From: Pseudomonadota bacterium
Lineage (GTDB): Bacteria; Pseudomonadota; Alphaproteobacteria; Rhizobiales; Xanthobacteraceae
DNA: 33,107 bases
Direction: 5' to 3'
Assembly (NCBI GenBank): GCA_046725125.1
Contig: JBKOXY010000306.1
Location: forward strand, 1 to 33,107
Made by a program: the position numbers and the translations under genes. The number at the start of each line of letters is the position of its first letter. Position 1 is the stretch's first letter. This document shows positions 9,654-18,268 of this stretch, in pieces. The notes under the pieces were generated by a model. It searched no databases and had not been told where the DNA came from. It saw only the letters and a program-made list of their open reading frames with translations.

Positions 9654-11258
9654 TCACTTGATCAGCGGCAGCTCGTTATATTGGTGGAACGGTGGCGGCG
9701 AAGGCAGCGTCCATTCGAGCGTGGTCGCGCCCGCGCCCCATGGATTGTCCGCCGCCTTTTCCTTGCGCATGAACGCGTGGGCTACGCCGAAGAAGAACAC
9801 GAGCGCACCCAACCCCGAAAGGTAGGAGCCGAGCGACGAGACCAGGTTCCAGCCGGCGAAAGCATCGGGATAGTCGGCAATGCGCCGCGGCATGCCGGCG
9901 AGCCCAAGGAAGTGCTGGGGGAAGAAGACGATGTTGACCCCAATGAAGGTGAGCCAGAAATGCAGCTTGCCGATCGTCTCCGAGTACATATAGCCGGACA
10001 TTTTCGGGAACCAGTAGTACCAGCCGGCGAAGATGGTGAAAACCGCGCCGAGCGAGAGCACGTAGTGGAAATGCGCCACCACGTAATAGGTGTCTTGCAG
10101 GGAACGGTCGATGCCGGCATTAGCGAGCACCACGCCGGTCACGCCGCCGACCGTGAACAGAAAGATGAAGCCGATCGCCCACAGCAGTGGCGTCTTGAAC
10201 TCGAGCGAGCCGCCCCACATCGTGGCGATCCAAGAGAAGATCTTCACGCCGGTCGGCACCGCGATCACCATGGTGGCGACCACGAAATAGGCTTGCGCGG
10301 CGGTCGACATGCCAACGGTATACATGTGGTGCGCCCACACCACGAACCCGATGCCGCCGATTGCCACCATCGCGTAGGCCATGCCGAGATAGCCGAACAC
10401 CGGTTTTTTCGCGAACGTCGCCACGATCTGACTGATCATGCCGAAGCCCGGCACGATCAGGATGTAGACCTCGGGATGCCCGAAGAACCAAAACAGGTGC
10501 TGGAACAGGAGCGGATCGCCACCCCCGCCAGGGGTGAAGAAGGTGGTGCCGAAATTGCGGTCTGTTAGCAGCATGGTGATGGCACCGGCGAGCACCGGCA
10601 TCGCGAGCAGAATGAGAAACACCGTCACCAGCTGCGACCATACGAACAATGGCATCTTGTGCATCGTCATGCCGGGAGCGCGCATATTGAAGATCGTCGT
10701 GATGAAATTGATCGCGCCGAGGATCGATGACGCGCCGGCAAGGTGCAGCGACAGGATGGCGAAATCGACAGCGGGCCCAGGATGGCCCGTGGTCGAGAGC
10801 GGCGCATAGATCGTCCATCCCGCGGCCACCCCGGGGGCACCGGGTTCGCCCTCCACGAACAGCGAGATAATCAACAGCGTGAAGGACGCCGGCAGCAGCC
10901 AGAACGAGATGTTGTTCATGCGCGGGAACGCCATGTCCGGCGCACCGATCATCAGCGGTATCATCCAATTGCCGAAGCCGCCGATCATCGCCGGCATGAC
11001 CATGAAGAAAATCATGATCAGGCCGTGCGCCGTCGTGAAGACGTTGAACATGTGGGAGTCGTGGAAGAACTGCAACCCCGGATGCATCAGCTCGAGTCGC
11101 ATGCCGATCGACAGCACGCCGCCCACCAATCCGCCGAGCAAGGCGAACACGAGATACATCGTGCCGATGTCTTTGTGGTTGGTCGAATAGAGGTAACGCC
11201 GCCAACCATGCGGGTGATCGGGCAGGTCCTCGCCGTGAGCTTTCGCCATCGTAGCCAT
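9654..11258 (-). CDS. ctaD: cytochrome c oxidase subunit I (aa3-type)
   Basis: 534 aa with canonical heme-copper oxidase motifs ([29 protein letters not shown]). The ATG is preceded by AAGGAC. Confidence 0.97.
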   Translation of the reverse strand: MATMAKAHGEDLPDHPHGWRRYLYSTNHKDIGTMYLVFALLGGLVGGVLSIGMRLELMHPGLQFFHDSHMFNVFTTAHGLIMIFFMVMPAMIGGFGNWMIPLMIGAPDMAFPRMNNISFWLLPASFTLLIISLFVEGEPGAPGVAAGWTIYAPLSTTGHPGPAVDFAILSLHLAGASSILGAINFITTIFNMRAPGMTMHKMPLFVWSQLVTVFLILLAMPVLAGAITMLLTDRNFGTTFFTPGGGGDPLLFQHLFWFFGHPEVYILIVPGFGMISQIVATFAKKPVFGYLGMAYAMVAIGGIGFVVWAHHMYTVGMSTAAQAYFVVATMVIAVPTGVKIFSWIATMWGGSLEFKTPLLWAIGFIFLFTVGGVTGVVLANAGIDRSLQDTYYVVAHFHYVLSLGAVFTIFAGWYYWFPKMSGYMYSETIGKLHFWLTFIGVNIVFFPQHFLGLAGMPRRIADYPDAFAGWNLVSSLGSYLSGLGALVFFFGVAHAFMRKEKAADNPWGAGATTLEWTLPSPPPFHQYNELPLIK

Positions 11259-11311
11259 GACTCAAGTCCTTGGAGTTGTCGCCCGCGAACTATCCGCGTC
11301 TGCGCGCGGCA

Positions 11312-12172
11312 TCATCGGGGCGTCGATTGTGCCGCCGCGACCGTGGTCGGCGGCAGTGCTTCATCGCGAGCGTATTTCTTCTTTGCCTCTTCAACCCAGG
11401 CGGAGAATGCCTGCTCGCTCACCACATGGACTGCGATCGGCATGAAGGCGTGATCCTTGCCGCACAGCTCCGAGCACTGACCGTAGTAGACACCCTCCCG
11501 CGTTGCCGTGAACCAGGTCTCGTTGATGCGCCCGGGAACGGCGTCGATCTTGATGCCGAATGACGGTACCGCGAACGAATGAATGACGTCGGAGCCCGTG
11601 GTGATCACGCGCACAGTCTTGTTTACCGGCACTACCATTTCATTGTCGACCGCAAGCAGTCGCGGCTGGCCTTCCTTGCGCTCACCCTCTTTGAGCATCA
11701 ACGAATCGAACTCGAACTGGCCGTTGTCGGGATAGCTGTAGCTCCAGTACCACTGCTTGCCGGTCGCCTTCACCGTGAGGTCGGCGGCCGGGACGTTGAG
11801 TTGGAGGAACAGAAGCTTGAATGAAGGGACCGCAATAAACATCAGAATCACGATCGGAATGAGAGTCCACGCAATCTCGATGAACGTGTTGTGCGTGGTC
11901 CGCGACGGAAGCGGATTGGCGCGGGCATTGAAGCGCACCATGACGACGACCAGCAAAACCAGCACGAAACCGGCGATAACGGTGATGATGTAGAGCAGGA
12001 AATCGTGGAACCAGATGATGTTGTCCATAACCGGAGACGCCGATTGCTGCAGCCCTACCTGCCAAGGCGAAGGCTGCCCGAGCCCGGCCAGAGCCGCCTC
12101 CGCGCCGGTCAGGATGGCGACCATCGCTATTGCCAATACGGTCAACCGCTTGAGCACCAACATCGTCGGCAT
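11312..12172 (-). CDS. coxB: cytochrome c oxidase subunit II
   Basis: CuA motif HSFAVPSFG...CSELCGKDHAFM, a signal/TM N-terminus and two TM helices. I place the start at the ATG at 12172 (MPTMLVLKRL), preceded by AAGGAG. The 86-codon upstream extension in the track looks non-coding. Confidence 0.92.
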   Translation of the reverse strand: MPTMLVLKRLTVLAIAMVAILTGAEAALAGLGQPSPWQVGLQQSASPVMDNIIWFHDFLLYIITVIAGFVLVLLVVVMVRFNARANPLPSRTTHNTFIEIAWTLIPIVILMFIAVPSFKLLFLQLNVPAADLTVKATGKQWYWSYSYPDNGQFEFDSLMLKEGERKEGQPRLLAVDNEMVVPVNKTVRVITTGSDVIHSFAVPSFGIKIDAVPGRINETWFTATREGVYYGQCSELCGKDHAFMPIAVHVVSEQAFSAWVEEAKKKYARDEALPPTTVAAAQSTPR

Positions 12173-12337
12173 TGCTCCTTCGAATGAGGTTCCAAGGCGC
12201 GCTCCACCGCTCGGAGTCGCTGCCCGCATTGAGCGCGACACTCCTCGGTGGGCTCCTCGGCGCGCGGGGCGGGACCTCAGGGGAATCCTGGCCTCTAAAA
12301 CCACAATTCCAGCCCTATCGCAATGCACACGTTCATA

Positions 12338-12384
12338 TCTCCCATGCGGCCAAAGGCCGGTCTCCCATGTGGCCAAAAGGCCGG
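12338..12384. repeat. imperfect tandem direct repeat (23 + 24 nt), each unit containing a short GC stem-loop
   Basis: Unit 1, tctcccatgcggccaaaggccgg (12338-12360), is followed directly by unit 2, tctcccatgtggccaaaaggccgg (12361-12384). They differ by one substitution and one extra a. Unit 1 folds as cggcc-aaa-ggccg and unit 2 as ggcc-aaaa-ggcc. The repeat lies in the divergent coxB/ialB intergenic region. Confidence 0.85.
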
Positions 12385-12538
12385 CCGATCGCCCCCGCCG
12401 ACCATCGTCGTTCGACCCTTTCTCGGCCACAATGCCTTGTTTTACTCATCCTTGACACGTAGCTCCGACCGTGGACGGAGGGGGTCGATTCGGCTAGATC
12501 GGGATAGCGGGGCGCAGGCAGGATTCGAGGCGGAGATT

Positions 12539-13075
12539 ATGGGTTCATTCAGCCCGGGAATGCTTTTTCGCACAATAAGATCATTGCTGGCAGCTACCGC
12601 GATGGTACTGGCACTCTCCGCTGGCATGGCCGAGCGCGCCACCGCGCAGGGCGCGGTCAAGTCGGTCCACAATGACTGGCAAGTCCGCTGCGACACGCCA
12701 CCTGGCGCGCAGGGCGAGCAGTGCGCGCTGATCCAGAGCGTCACCGCGGAGGATCGCGCCAATGTCGGCCTCACCGTGATCGTGCTCAAGACTGCCGATC
12801 AGAAGAGCCGCCTCATGCGCGTGGTCGCGCCCGTCGGCGTGTTGCTTCCCTCGGGCCTCGGACTGAAGGTCGATCAGGTCGACGTCGGCCGGGCCGGCTT
12901 CGTCCGTTGTCTGCCCAACGGGTGCGTTGCCGAGGTCGTCATGGACGACAACTTGATCAAGCAACTACGCAGCGGCCAGACTGCGACGTTCATCATCTTC
13001 CAGACGCCCGAAGAAGGCATCGGCTTCCCGATGAGCCTCAAGGGCTTCGGCGAGGGCTACGACAAGCTGCCGTAA
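12539..13075 (+). CDS. invasion-associated locus B (IalB) family protein
   Basis: 178 aa from the ATG at 12539, preceded by GGAG. It has a signal peptide (LALSAGMAERATAQG), then WQVRCD...EQCALIQSV and CLPNGCVAEV as in the IalB family. The track ORF is over-extended by 72 codons. Confidence 0.8.
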   Translation: MGSFSPGMLFRTIRSLLAATAMVLALSAGMAERATAQGAVKSVHNDWQVRCDTPPGAQGEQCALIQSVTAEDRANVGLTVIVLKTADQKSRLMRVVAPVGVLLPSGLGLKVDQVDVGRAGFVRCLPNGCVAEVVMDDNLIKQLRSGQTATFIIFQTPEEGIGFPMSLKGFGEGYDKLP

Positions 13076-13096
13076 GACGCCCCAGGCCAGGGCGTC
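13076..13096 (+). terminator. candidate stem-loop terminator after the IalB-family gene
   Basis: gacgccc (13076-13082) pairs perfectly with gggcgtc (13090-13096) around a 7-nt loop, starting right after the TAA stop. The tail is cttccctt, only weakly T-rich. Confidence 0.4.
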
Positions 13097-13189
13097 CTTC
13101 CCTTAAGTCCGATTTAGCGGCGTGGCGACCTCGCAACTCCAGGCGAGGACGACTATCTTTGGCTAGACTGCGCGAATGCGGATCCGATC

Positions 13190-14611
13190 ATGAGCTCACC
13201 CACGACGTCACTTCTCGATCGCGCCGGCCTCGACCGTGGCGACGTGCGCCGACACCTCGCCCGCGGCCTGGAAGGCGCGGACGACGGTGAGCTTTATCTC
13301 GAATATGCCCAGTCCGAGATGCTTGTTTTCGACAATGGGCGGCTCAAGCAAGCGACCTACAACACCGACCAGGGCTTCGGATTGCGCGCCGTCAAGGACG
13401 AGGCGGTGGGCTATGCCCATTCCTCCGACGTCTCGGAGGCAGCGTTGGCGCGCGCGGCGGACGCGGTGCGCGCGGTCAAGGGTGGCTATTGCGGTGCTTA
13501 CGCAGAACCGCCGGGTCGCACCAATGTCCGCCTTTATGGCGACGACAATCCGCTCGGCGCACCGGCCTTCGAACCCAAGGTGAGGCTTCTGGAGGCCATT
13601 GACGCCTATGCCCGAGCGCGTGACCCGCGCGTGCGACAGGTTTCGATCTCATTTGGCGCGAGCTGGAAAGTGATCGAGATCCTGCGCGGCGACGGCGAAA
13701 GCTACCGCGACGTGCGTCCTTTGGTGCGCGTCAATATCTCGGTCGTCGTCGGCAATGGCGATCGCCAGGAAGCCGGCAGCCACGGCTATGGCGGGCGCGA
13801 GGGCTTTTCGCATTTCCTCTCGACCCATGCCTGGCAGCGCGCCGCTGACGATGCTGTACGCCAGGCGCTGATCAATCTCGAAGCGGTGCCGGCGCCAGCC
13901 GGCGAGATGGACGTGGTGCTCGCCCCTGGCTGGCCCGGCATCATGCTGCACGAGGCGGTGGGACACGGGCTCGAAGGTGACTTCAACCGCAGGAAGACCT
14001 CTGCATTCGCCGGTCTGATGGGACAACGCGTCGCGTCGAAGGGTGTCACCGTCATTGACGACGGTACCATCGCGCAGCGACGCGGCTCGCTCTCGATCGA
14101 CGACGAGGGCACGCCGACCAGTCGCACCGTGCTGATCGAGGACGGCATCCTTGTCGGCTACATGCAGGACCGCCACAACGCGCGTCTGATGAGCATGAAA
14201 CCCACAGGCAATGGCCGCCGGCAAAGCTATGCCCATGCGCCGATGCCGCGCATGACCAACACTTACATGCTCGCCGGCGAACATGCGGCGAGTGAGATCA
14301 TCGCCTCGGTCAAGGACGGCATCTATGCCGTCAATTTCGGCGGCGGACAGGTCGATATCACCTCGGGCAAGTACGTGTTTCAGGTTACCGAGGCCTACAA
14401 GATCGAGGGTGGCAAGCTTGCGCAGCCTCTCAAGGGCGCCATGCTGATCGGCAATGGTCCGACCGACCTCAACCGCATCGGCATGATCGGAAATGACTTC
14501 GAGCTCGATCACGGCATTGGCACTTGCGGCAAGAATGGCCAGGCCGTGCCCGTCGGCGTCGGCCAACCTACCCTGCGCATGGACCGCATCACCGTCGGCG
14601 GGACGGGCTAA
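13190..14611 (+). CDS. tldD: metalloprotease TldD
   Basis: 473 aa with HEAVGHGLE zinc motif and N-terminal DDGELYLEY...GFGLRAV typical of TldD/PmbA family. Confidence 0.93.
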   Translation: MSSPTTSLLDRAGLDRGDVRRHLARGLEGADDGELYLEYAQSEMLVFDNGRLKQATYNTDQGFGLRAVKDEAVGYAHSSDVSEAALARAADAVRAVKGGYCGAYAEPPGRTNVRLYGDDNPLGAPAFEPKVRLLEAIDAYARARDPRVRQVSISFGASWKVIEILRGDGESYRDVRPLVRVNISVVVGNGDRQEAGSHGYGGREGFSHFLSTHAWQRAADDAVRQALINLEAVPAPAGEMDVVLAPGWPGIMLHEAVGHGLEGDFNRRKTSAFAGLMGQRVASKGVTVIDDGTIAQRRGSLSIDDEGTPTSRTVLIEDGILVGYMQDRHNARLMSMKPTGNGRRQSYAHAPMPRMTNTYMLAGEHAASEIIASVKDGIYAVNFGGGQVDITSGKYVFQVTEAYKIEGGKLAQPLKGAMLIGNGPTDLNRIGMIGNDFELDHGIGTCGKNGQAVPVGVGQPTLRMDRITVGGTG

Positions 14612-14680
14612 GGTGCAGGCTCGCAGAATTTGATCCGGCTTACTGCTTGTGCGCTGATCCCGCGCGCCCGCTCCTGACGA

Positions 14681-15172
14681 CTAGAAATACGCGATGCTAC
14701 GACCGCAGGCGGCGACCGCGATCCAGATACCGAGCGAAAGGACGCCCGCGACTTTGGCGCGCGCCGGCATCGATGCGCCGGGTGCAAGGCGCTCGACCGC
14801 GCGCTTGGCCCAGACCTCATAAATCGCCACATTGATCAGACCTGCGGCAACCAGGGTGGCCTTCAGCTGGAACGCCGGATTAAGCGCAAGATGGCTCGCC
14901 TCGGCTGAGAACAGCACGCAGCCGGTGAGCGCCATGCCCACCAGTGCGGCAACGGCAAAGCTGCGCGCTCGCGCGAGCAAGCATGCGGGCGGGGTCGCCG
15001 CCAACCCTCCAAGCAGGCGAACGTCCATCACCGCTACTGCGCCAGCGAAGAAAGTGAGCGAGACGATGTGCCCGATATTGGCCGCTGGGTAGAGCCATAG
15101 CGACTGGCGGATGGCCGCGGCGAAGCCCGACTGTTCGAGCGCAACGAAAACCGCCGGCGCTGCATCGGTCAT
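14681..15172 (-). CDS. hypothetical integral membrane protein (about 4 TM; possibly DUF6644-like)
   Basis: 163-164 aa with hydrophobic segments consistent with 4 TM helices. The ATG at 15172 or GTG at 15175 overlaps the stop codon of the upstream gene. The family name is from memory only. Confidence 0.6.
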   Translation of the reverse strand: MTDAAPAVFVALEQSGFAAAIRQSLWLYPAANIGHIVSLTFFAGAVAVMDVRLLGGLAATPPACLLARARSFAVAALVGMALTGCVLFSAEASHLALNPAFQLKATLVAAGLINVAIYEVWAKRAVERLAPGASMPARAKVAGVLSLGIWIAVAACGRSIAYF

Positions 15173-15519
15173 CACCGCATCTCGTAGGTCTTACCGTTGA
15201 CCGTGATCCGCTCAGCCCGCATCTCATCTTTTTCAACCGTCGATGGATAGCCGTAGGCCGAGACGTTCTGGCCGACGGCGACGACCTTCTCCGTCGCTCC
15301 GCGACTGCTCATGCGCGAGGGAGGCGCGAGCGTCACGGTCCACACCTTGTCATTGCCCCGCACCGTGATCGTGGCGTGCGGGTTCTCGAACTTGGAGGTC
15401 ATGATCGGGCCGGCGACGGTCACCGGCTTGCTCGCGTCGTAACTGCCCCATCCGTGATGCGCGAAAGCGGCGCTCGTCAGCAGCGCGAAGGCGGAAAGGA
15501 GGATGACGGATCTGATCAT
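15172..15519 (-). CDS. secreted small protein with His-His mature N-terminus (possibly DUF6152-like)
   Basis: 115 aa. The ATG is preceded by GGAGG at good spacing. A Sec signal peptide MIRSVILLSAFALLTSAAFA is followed by HHGWGSYD. The family name is from memory only. Confidence 0.65.
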   Translation of the reverse strand: MIRSVILLSAFALLTSAAFAHHGWGSYDASKPVTVAGPIMTSKFENPHATITVRGNDKVWTVTLAPPSRMSSRGATEKVVAVGQNVSAYGYPSTVEKDEMRAERITVNGKTYEMR

Positions 15520-15612
15520 AGGGGGCCTCCAGAGAAGAGTGGCATAAGCGCCTCATTGTGCCGAGTTTGGGCGGCAAATGCTGCGGGGCAGTCATCAACT
15601 TTTTGAAATCGG

Positions 15613-16158
15613 CTACCTCACCACCCCGGAAATGCAGCATGCTTTGCGCAATGGCCGGGTAATGCGGTCCTTGAGATAGCAGACCGCCGAAGACCCGACA
15701 TAGCCGGGCCGCACATAGGTCCAGGCGCGACACCCTTCCTCGGCTTCACAGGCCGCCCCACAGCTTTTGCCACTCGAGTCGGCCGGCAGTTCAAACTGCC
15801 GGTAGTCGCCACCGTTTCGATCGACGCCGAACTCGTTCGCCCCGCTCTTTGGTTCGATGACGCCCGTCCCGCGCACGCCGGACACGCAGCACGGTGCTGC
15901 AAGCCGCGGCATGACTTTGGATTTGAGCCAGCAAACCGCGTTGGCGCTTTCCGTTACGGGATAGGAAAAGGCCCAGGCGCGGCAGCGCGGATCCCGCTCA
16001 CAGCGGGTGGCGCATTGGGCCGGATCGCCGGACCGCATGGGAAAGCTGGCATAGTCCCCGCCCGCCCGGTCGAAGCCGACCTGAGCCCGGGCGGTTGCTC
16101 CGGACACGGCCAGCGCGATCAGCAGGCAAAAACCCAGCTCAAGCCAATCCCGCCTCAT
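15613..16158 (-). CDS. secreted protein with two tandem PAN/Apple-like cysteine-rich domains
   Basis: 181 aa with a signal peptide (LIALAVSGATARAQ). Two modules align internally, each with 6 Cys and the pattern G.DR.GGDY..F...C...CE...CRAW.Y...AVC.LK...CC.SGV. Confidence 0.75.
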   Translation of the reverse strand: MRRDWLELGFCLLIALAVSGATARAQVGFDRAGGDYASFPMRSGDPAQCATRCERDPRCRAWAFSYPVTESANAVCWLKSKVMPRLAAPCCVSGVRGTGVIEPKSGANEFGVDRNGGDYRQFELPADSSGKSCGAACEAEEGCRAWTYVRPGYVGSSAVCYLKDRITRPLRKACCISGVVR

Positions 16159-16301
16159 GCCGCCTCTCGCTCGCGCCGCCCGGCCGTGCGATCCATGTTA
16201 GAGAAGCACGCGGGCGCAGGCGAGTGCCGTGTGAGCGACAGGCATGCTCCGCCCGAAGACAATGCCGAGGCTCGGCCCCGGCTCTACCGCGGGATTCCGT
16301 C

Positions 16302-18137
16302 ATGCAATACGGCGAATTTGGCTTTCTGAATTTTGGGCTCGTGCTGTTGGCCGCCGCCGTCCTCAGCGTACCGATCGCGCGCCGGCTCGGCCTCTCCGCC
16401 ATCGTCGCCTATCTCATCGCCGGCATCATCATCGGCCCGTATGGGCTTGCGGCGTTTGGCACGCCCGAGAGCATCTTGCCGGTTTCCGAGCTGGGCGTCG
16501 TGATGCTGCTGTTCCTGATCGGCCTCGAACTCGAACTCGGTCGGTTGCTGGCGATGCGACGCGCCATATTCGGCCTCGGCGCCGCCCAATTGGCGCTCAC
16601 TGCACTCGCCATCGGCGCGCTCGGCTATGCGGCTGGGCTCGTCGACTGGCGCGGGGCTGTCATCGCCGGGCTCGCTTTGGCGATGTCGGCGACCGCCATC
16701 GCGCTGCAAATCCTGGAAGAACGCGGCCAACTCCAGCAAGACTACGGCCAGCGTGCTTTTGCCATCCTGTTGTTCCAGGACATGGCGGTCGTGCCCCTGC
16801 TGGCGGTGCTGCCCTTGCTCGCGCCCGGAAGCGAGAGCGCCCATACCGACCTCGGGGACGGGGTGCGCACGGTTGCCCTCATCGCCGGCGCGATCGCACT
16901 GATCGTGGTCGCGGGCCGCTATTTGCTCAATCCGTTCTTCCGGCTGCTCGCCCAGACCGGCTCGCGCGAGGTGATGACGGCGGCGGCGCTCCTCGTCGTG
17001 CTGGGCGCTGCGCTCACTATGCAGAAGGCTGGCATGTCCATGGCGCTCGGAGCCTTCCTCGCCGGTGTGCTGCTCGCCGAGTCGAACTACCGACATGAGC
17101 TCGCAGCAGACATCGAGCCATTCCGTGGTCTCCTGCTGGCCCTGTTCTTCATGGGCATCGGCATGAGCATCGACATGACCATCGTGCGCGCCAATCTTTG
17201 GCTGATCGTCCTCGCGGCAGTTACCATCACCGTCCTCAAGGCGGCGATTGTTTGGCTATTGTTCCGCGCCACCTGCGTTCGTCGCAGCGATGCGCTGCGC
17301 GCCGGATCGGTACTCACCGGCGCCGGCGAGTTCGCGTTTGTGCTCATTCCGCTCGGCGGCTCGCTCGGCGTGCTCGATGCGCGCCAAGCCAGCATCCTCA
17401 CCGCCATTGCCGCCATCACCATGCTGCTTGGTCCACCCGTGGCCACGCTCACCGATGCGCTGGTGCGACGATTTGCACGGCCAGACCTTCGCGAGCCCGA
17501 GGACTTCTCCGATGCGAGCGGTTCGGTGTTAGTTATCGGTTTTGGACGCTTCGGCCAGATCGTGTCCCAATGCCTGCTTGCGGAAGGCATCGATGTTACG
17601 ACCATCGACAACGATCCAGAAATGATGGAGAGCGCCGCTGGCTTTGGCTTCAAGGTCTATTACGGCGATGGCACCCGGCTCGACGTCTTACGCGCGGCAG
17701 GCGCGAGCGAGGCGAGGCTGATCGCGGTGTGCATCGATGACCGCGAGGCCGCGAGCCGTATCGTCGACCTCGTTCACGCCGAGTTTTCCGGTGCAAGGCT
17801 TTATGTGCGCTCTTTCGATCGGCGACACACCCTGCAACTTCTCGCTAAGGGGGTCGATTTCGAGCTACGCGAAACCTATGAATCGGCGCTCGTGTTCGGA
17901 CGTAAGACGCTGGAGGCGCTGGGGCTGGATTCCGAGCGGGCGGCCGCAGTCGAGGAATTCGTCCGTCGCCGCGATCTCGATCGCCTCGTCCTCCAGCAGG
18001 CCGAGGGGATATCCGCCGGTCTCGACCTGTTGCGCACGCGCATGATACACGAACCTTTCAGCACACCGACGCGCGAGGTCAGGCCGCTCAATCCGGAAGC
18101 CGAAGAGATCATCGGCAACCCGCCAGCCGCAGAATGA
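16302..18137 (+). CDS. CPA2 monovalent cation:proton antiporter with C-terminal RCK/TrkA-N domain (glutathione-gated K+ efflux KefB/KefC-like)
   Basis: 611 aa from the ATG at 16302 (MQYGEFGFLNFGLVLLAAAV). It has a polytopic Na_H-exchanger-type membrane domain followed by a Rossmann GxGxxG (VLVIGFGRFGQIV). The track ORF is over-extended by 69 codons across the divergent promoter. Confidence 0.88.
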   Translation: MQYGEFGFLNFGLVLLAAAVLSVPIARRLGLSAIVAYLIAGIIIGPYGLAAFGTPESILPVSELGVVMLLFLIGLELELGRLLAMRRAIFGLGAAQLALTALAIGALGYAAGLVDWRGAVIAGLALAMSATAIALQILEERGQLQQDYGQRAFAILLFQDMAVVPLLAVLPLLAPGSESAHTDLGDGVRTVALIAGAIALIVVAGRYLLNPFFRLLAQTGSREVMTAAALLVVLGAALTMQKAGMSMALGAFLAGVLLAESNYRHELAADIEPFRGLLLALFFMGIGMSIDMTIVRANLWLIVLAAVTITVLKAAIVWLLFRATCVRRSDALRAGSVLTGAGEFAFVLIPLGGSLGVLDARQASILTAIAAITMLLGPPVATLTDALVRRFARPDLREPEDFSDASGSVLVIGFGRFGQIVSQCLLAEGIDVTTIDNDPEMMESAAGFGFKVYYGDGTRLDVLRAAGASEARLIAVCIDDREAASRIVDLVHAEFSGARLYVRSFDRRHTLQLLAKGVDFELRETYESALVFGRKTLEALGLDSERAAAVEEFVRRRDLDRLVLQQAEGISAGLDLLRTRMIHEPFSTPTREVRPLNPEAEEIIGNPPAAE

Positions 18138-18268
18138 CACCAGCGGTTGCACCAATCCGATTCGAATACCAAGACGGTGTAGGACCGACGATTACAAAGC
18201 TAGGAGCGAGGCGCCGGCGCATCGTCGCGGTGGCGGCTCGGCGGGCCTAAGCCAGACATAGTCGCCGA

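Noticed and set aside
10120-11265. 381-aa minus-strand ORF overlapping coxA in another frame. Similar long alternate-frame or antisense ORFs include 541..1401, 2838..3938, 9642..10568, 16284..17096, 20646..21752, 22404..23591, 24929..26332 and 26512..27453.
   Set aside because: Their translations are Arg/Pro/Gly/His-rich low-complexity strings typical of off-frame reading in high-GC DNA. Each lies entirely within a gene that has unmistakable conserved motifs in another frame.
12173-12430. 86-codon N-terminal extension of coxB in the ORF track. Similar extensions affect kef (16095..16301), ialB (12323..12538), the TIGR02186 gene (31429..31887) and coxC (7829..7873).
   Set aside because: The extensions are Arg-rich with no signal or TM logic, and they run across divergent promoter regions or into upstream genes. 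The internal ATGs have good Shine-Dalgarno sequences (AAGGAG, GGAG, GGAGA) or ATGA coupling, and they give N-termini typical of the families.
18155-18175. ccgattcgaatacc, superficially like a tRNA T-arm (GGTTCGAATCC).
   Set aside because: It does not match the conserved GTTCGAATC core, and no acceptor or anticodon stem can be built around it. No tRNA is present in the window.
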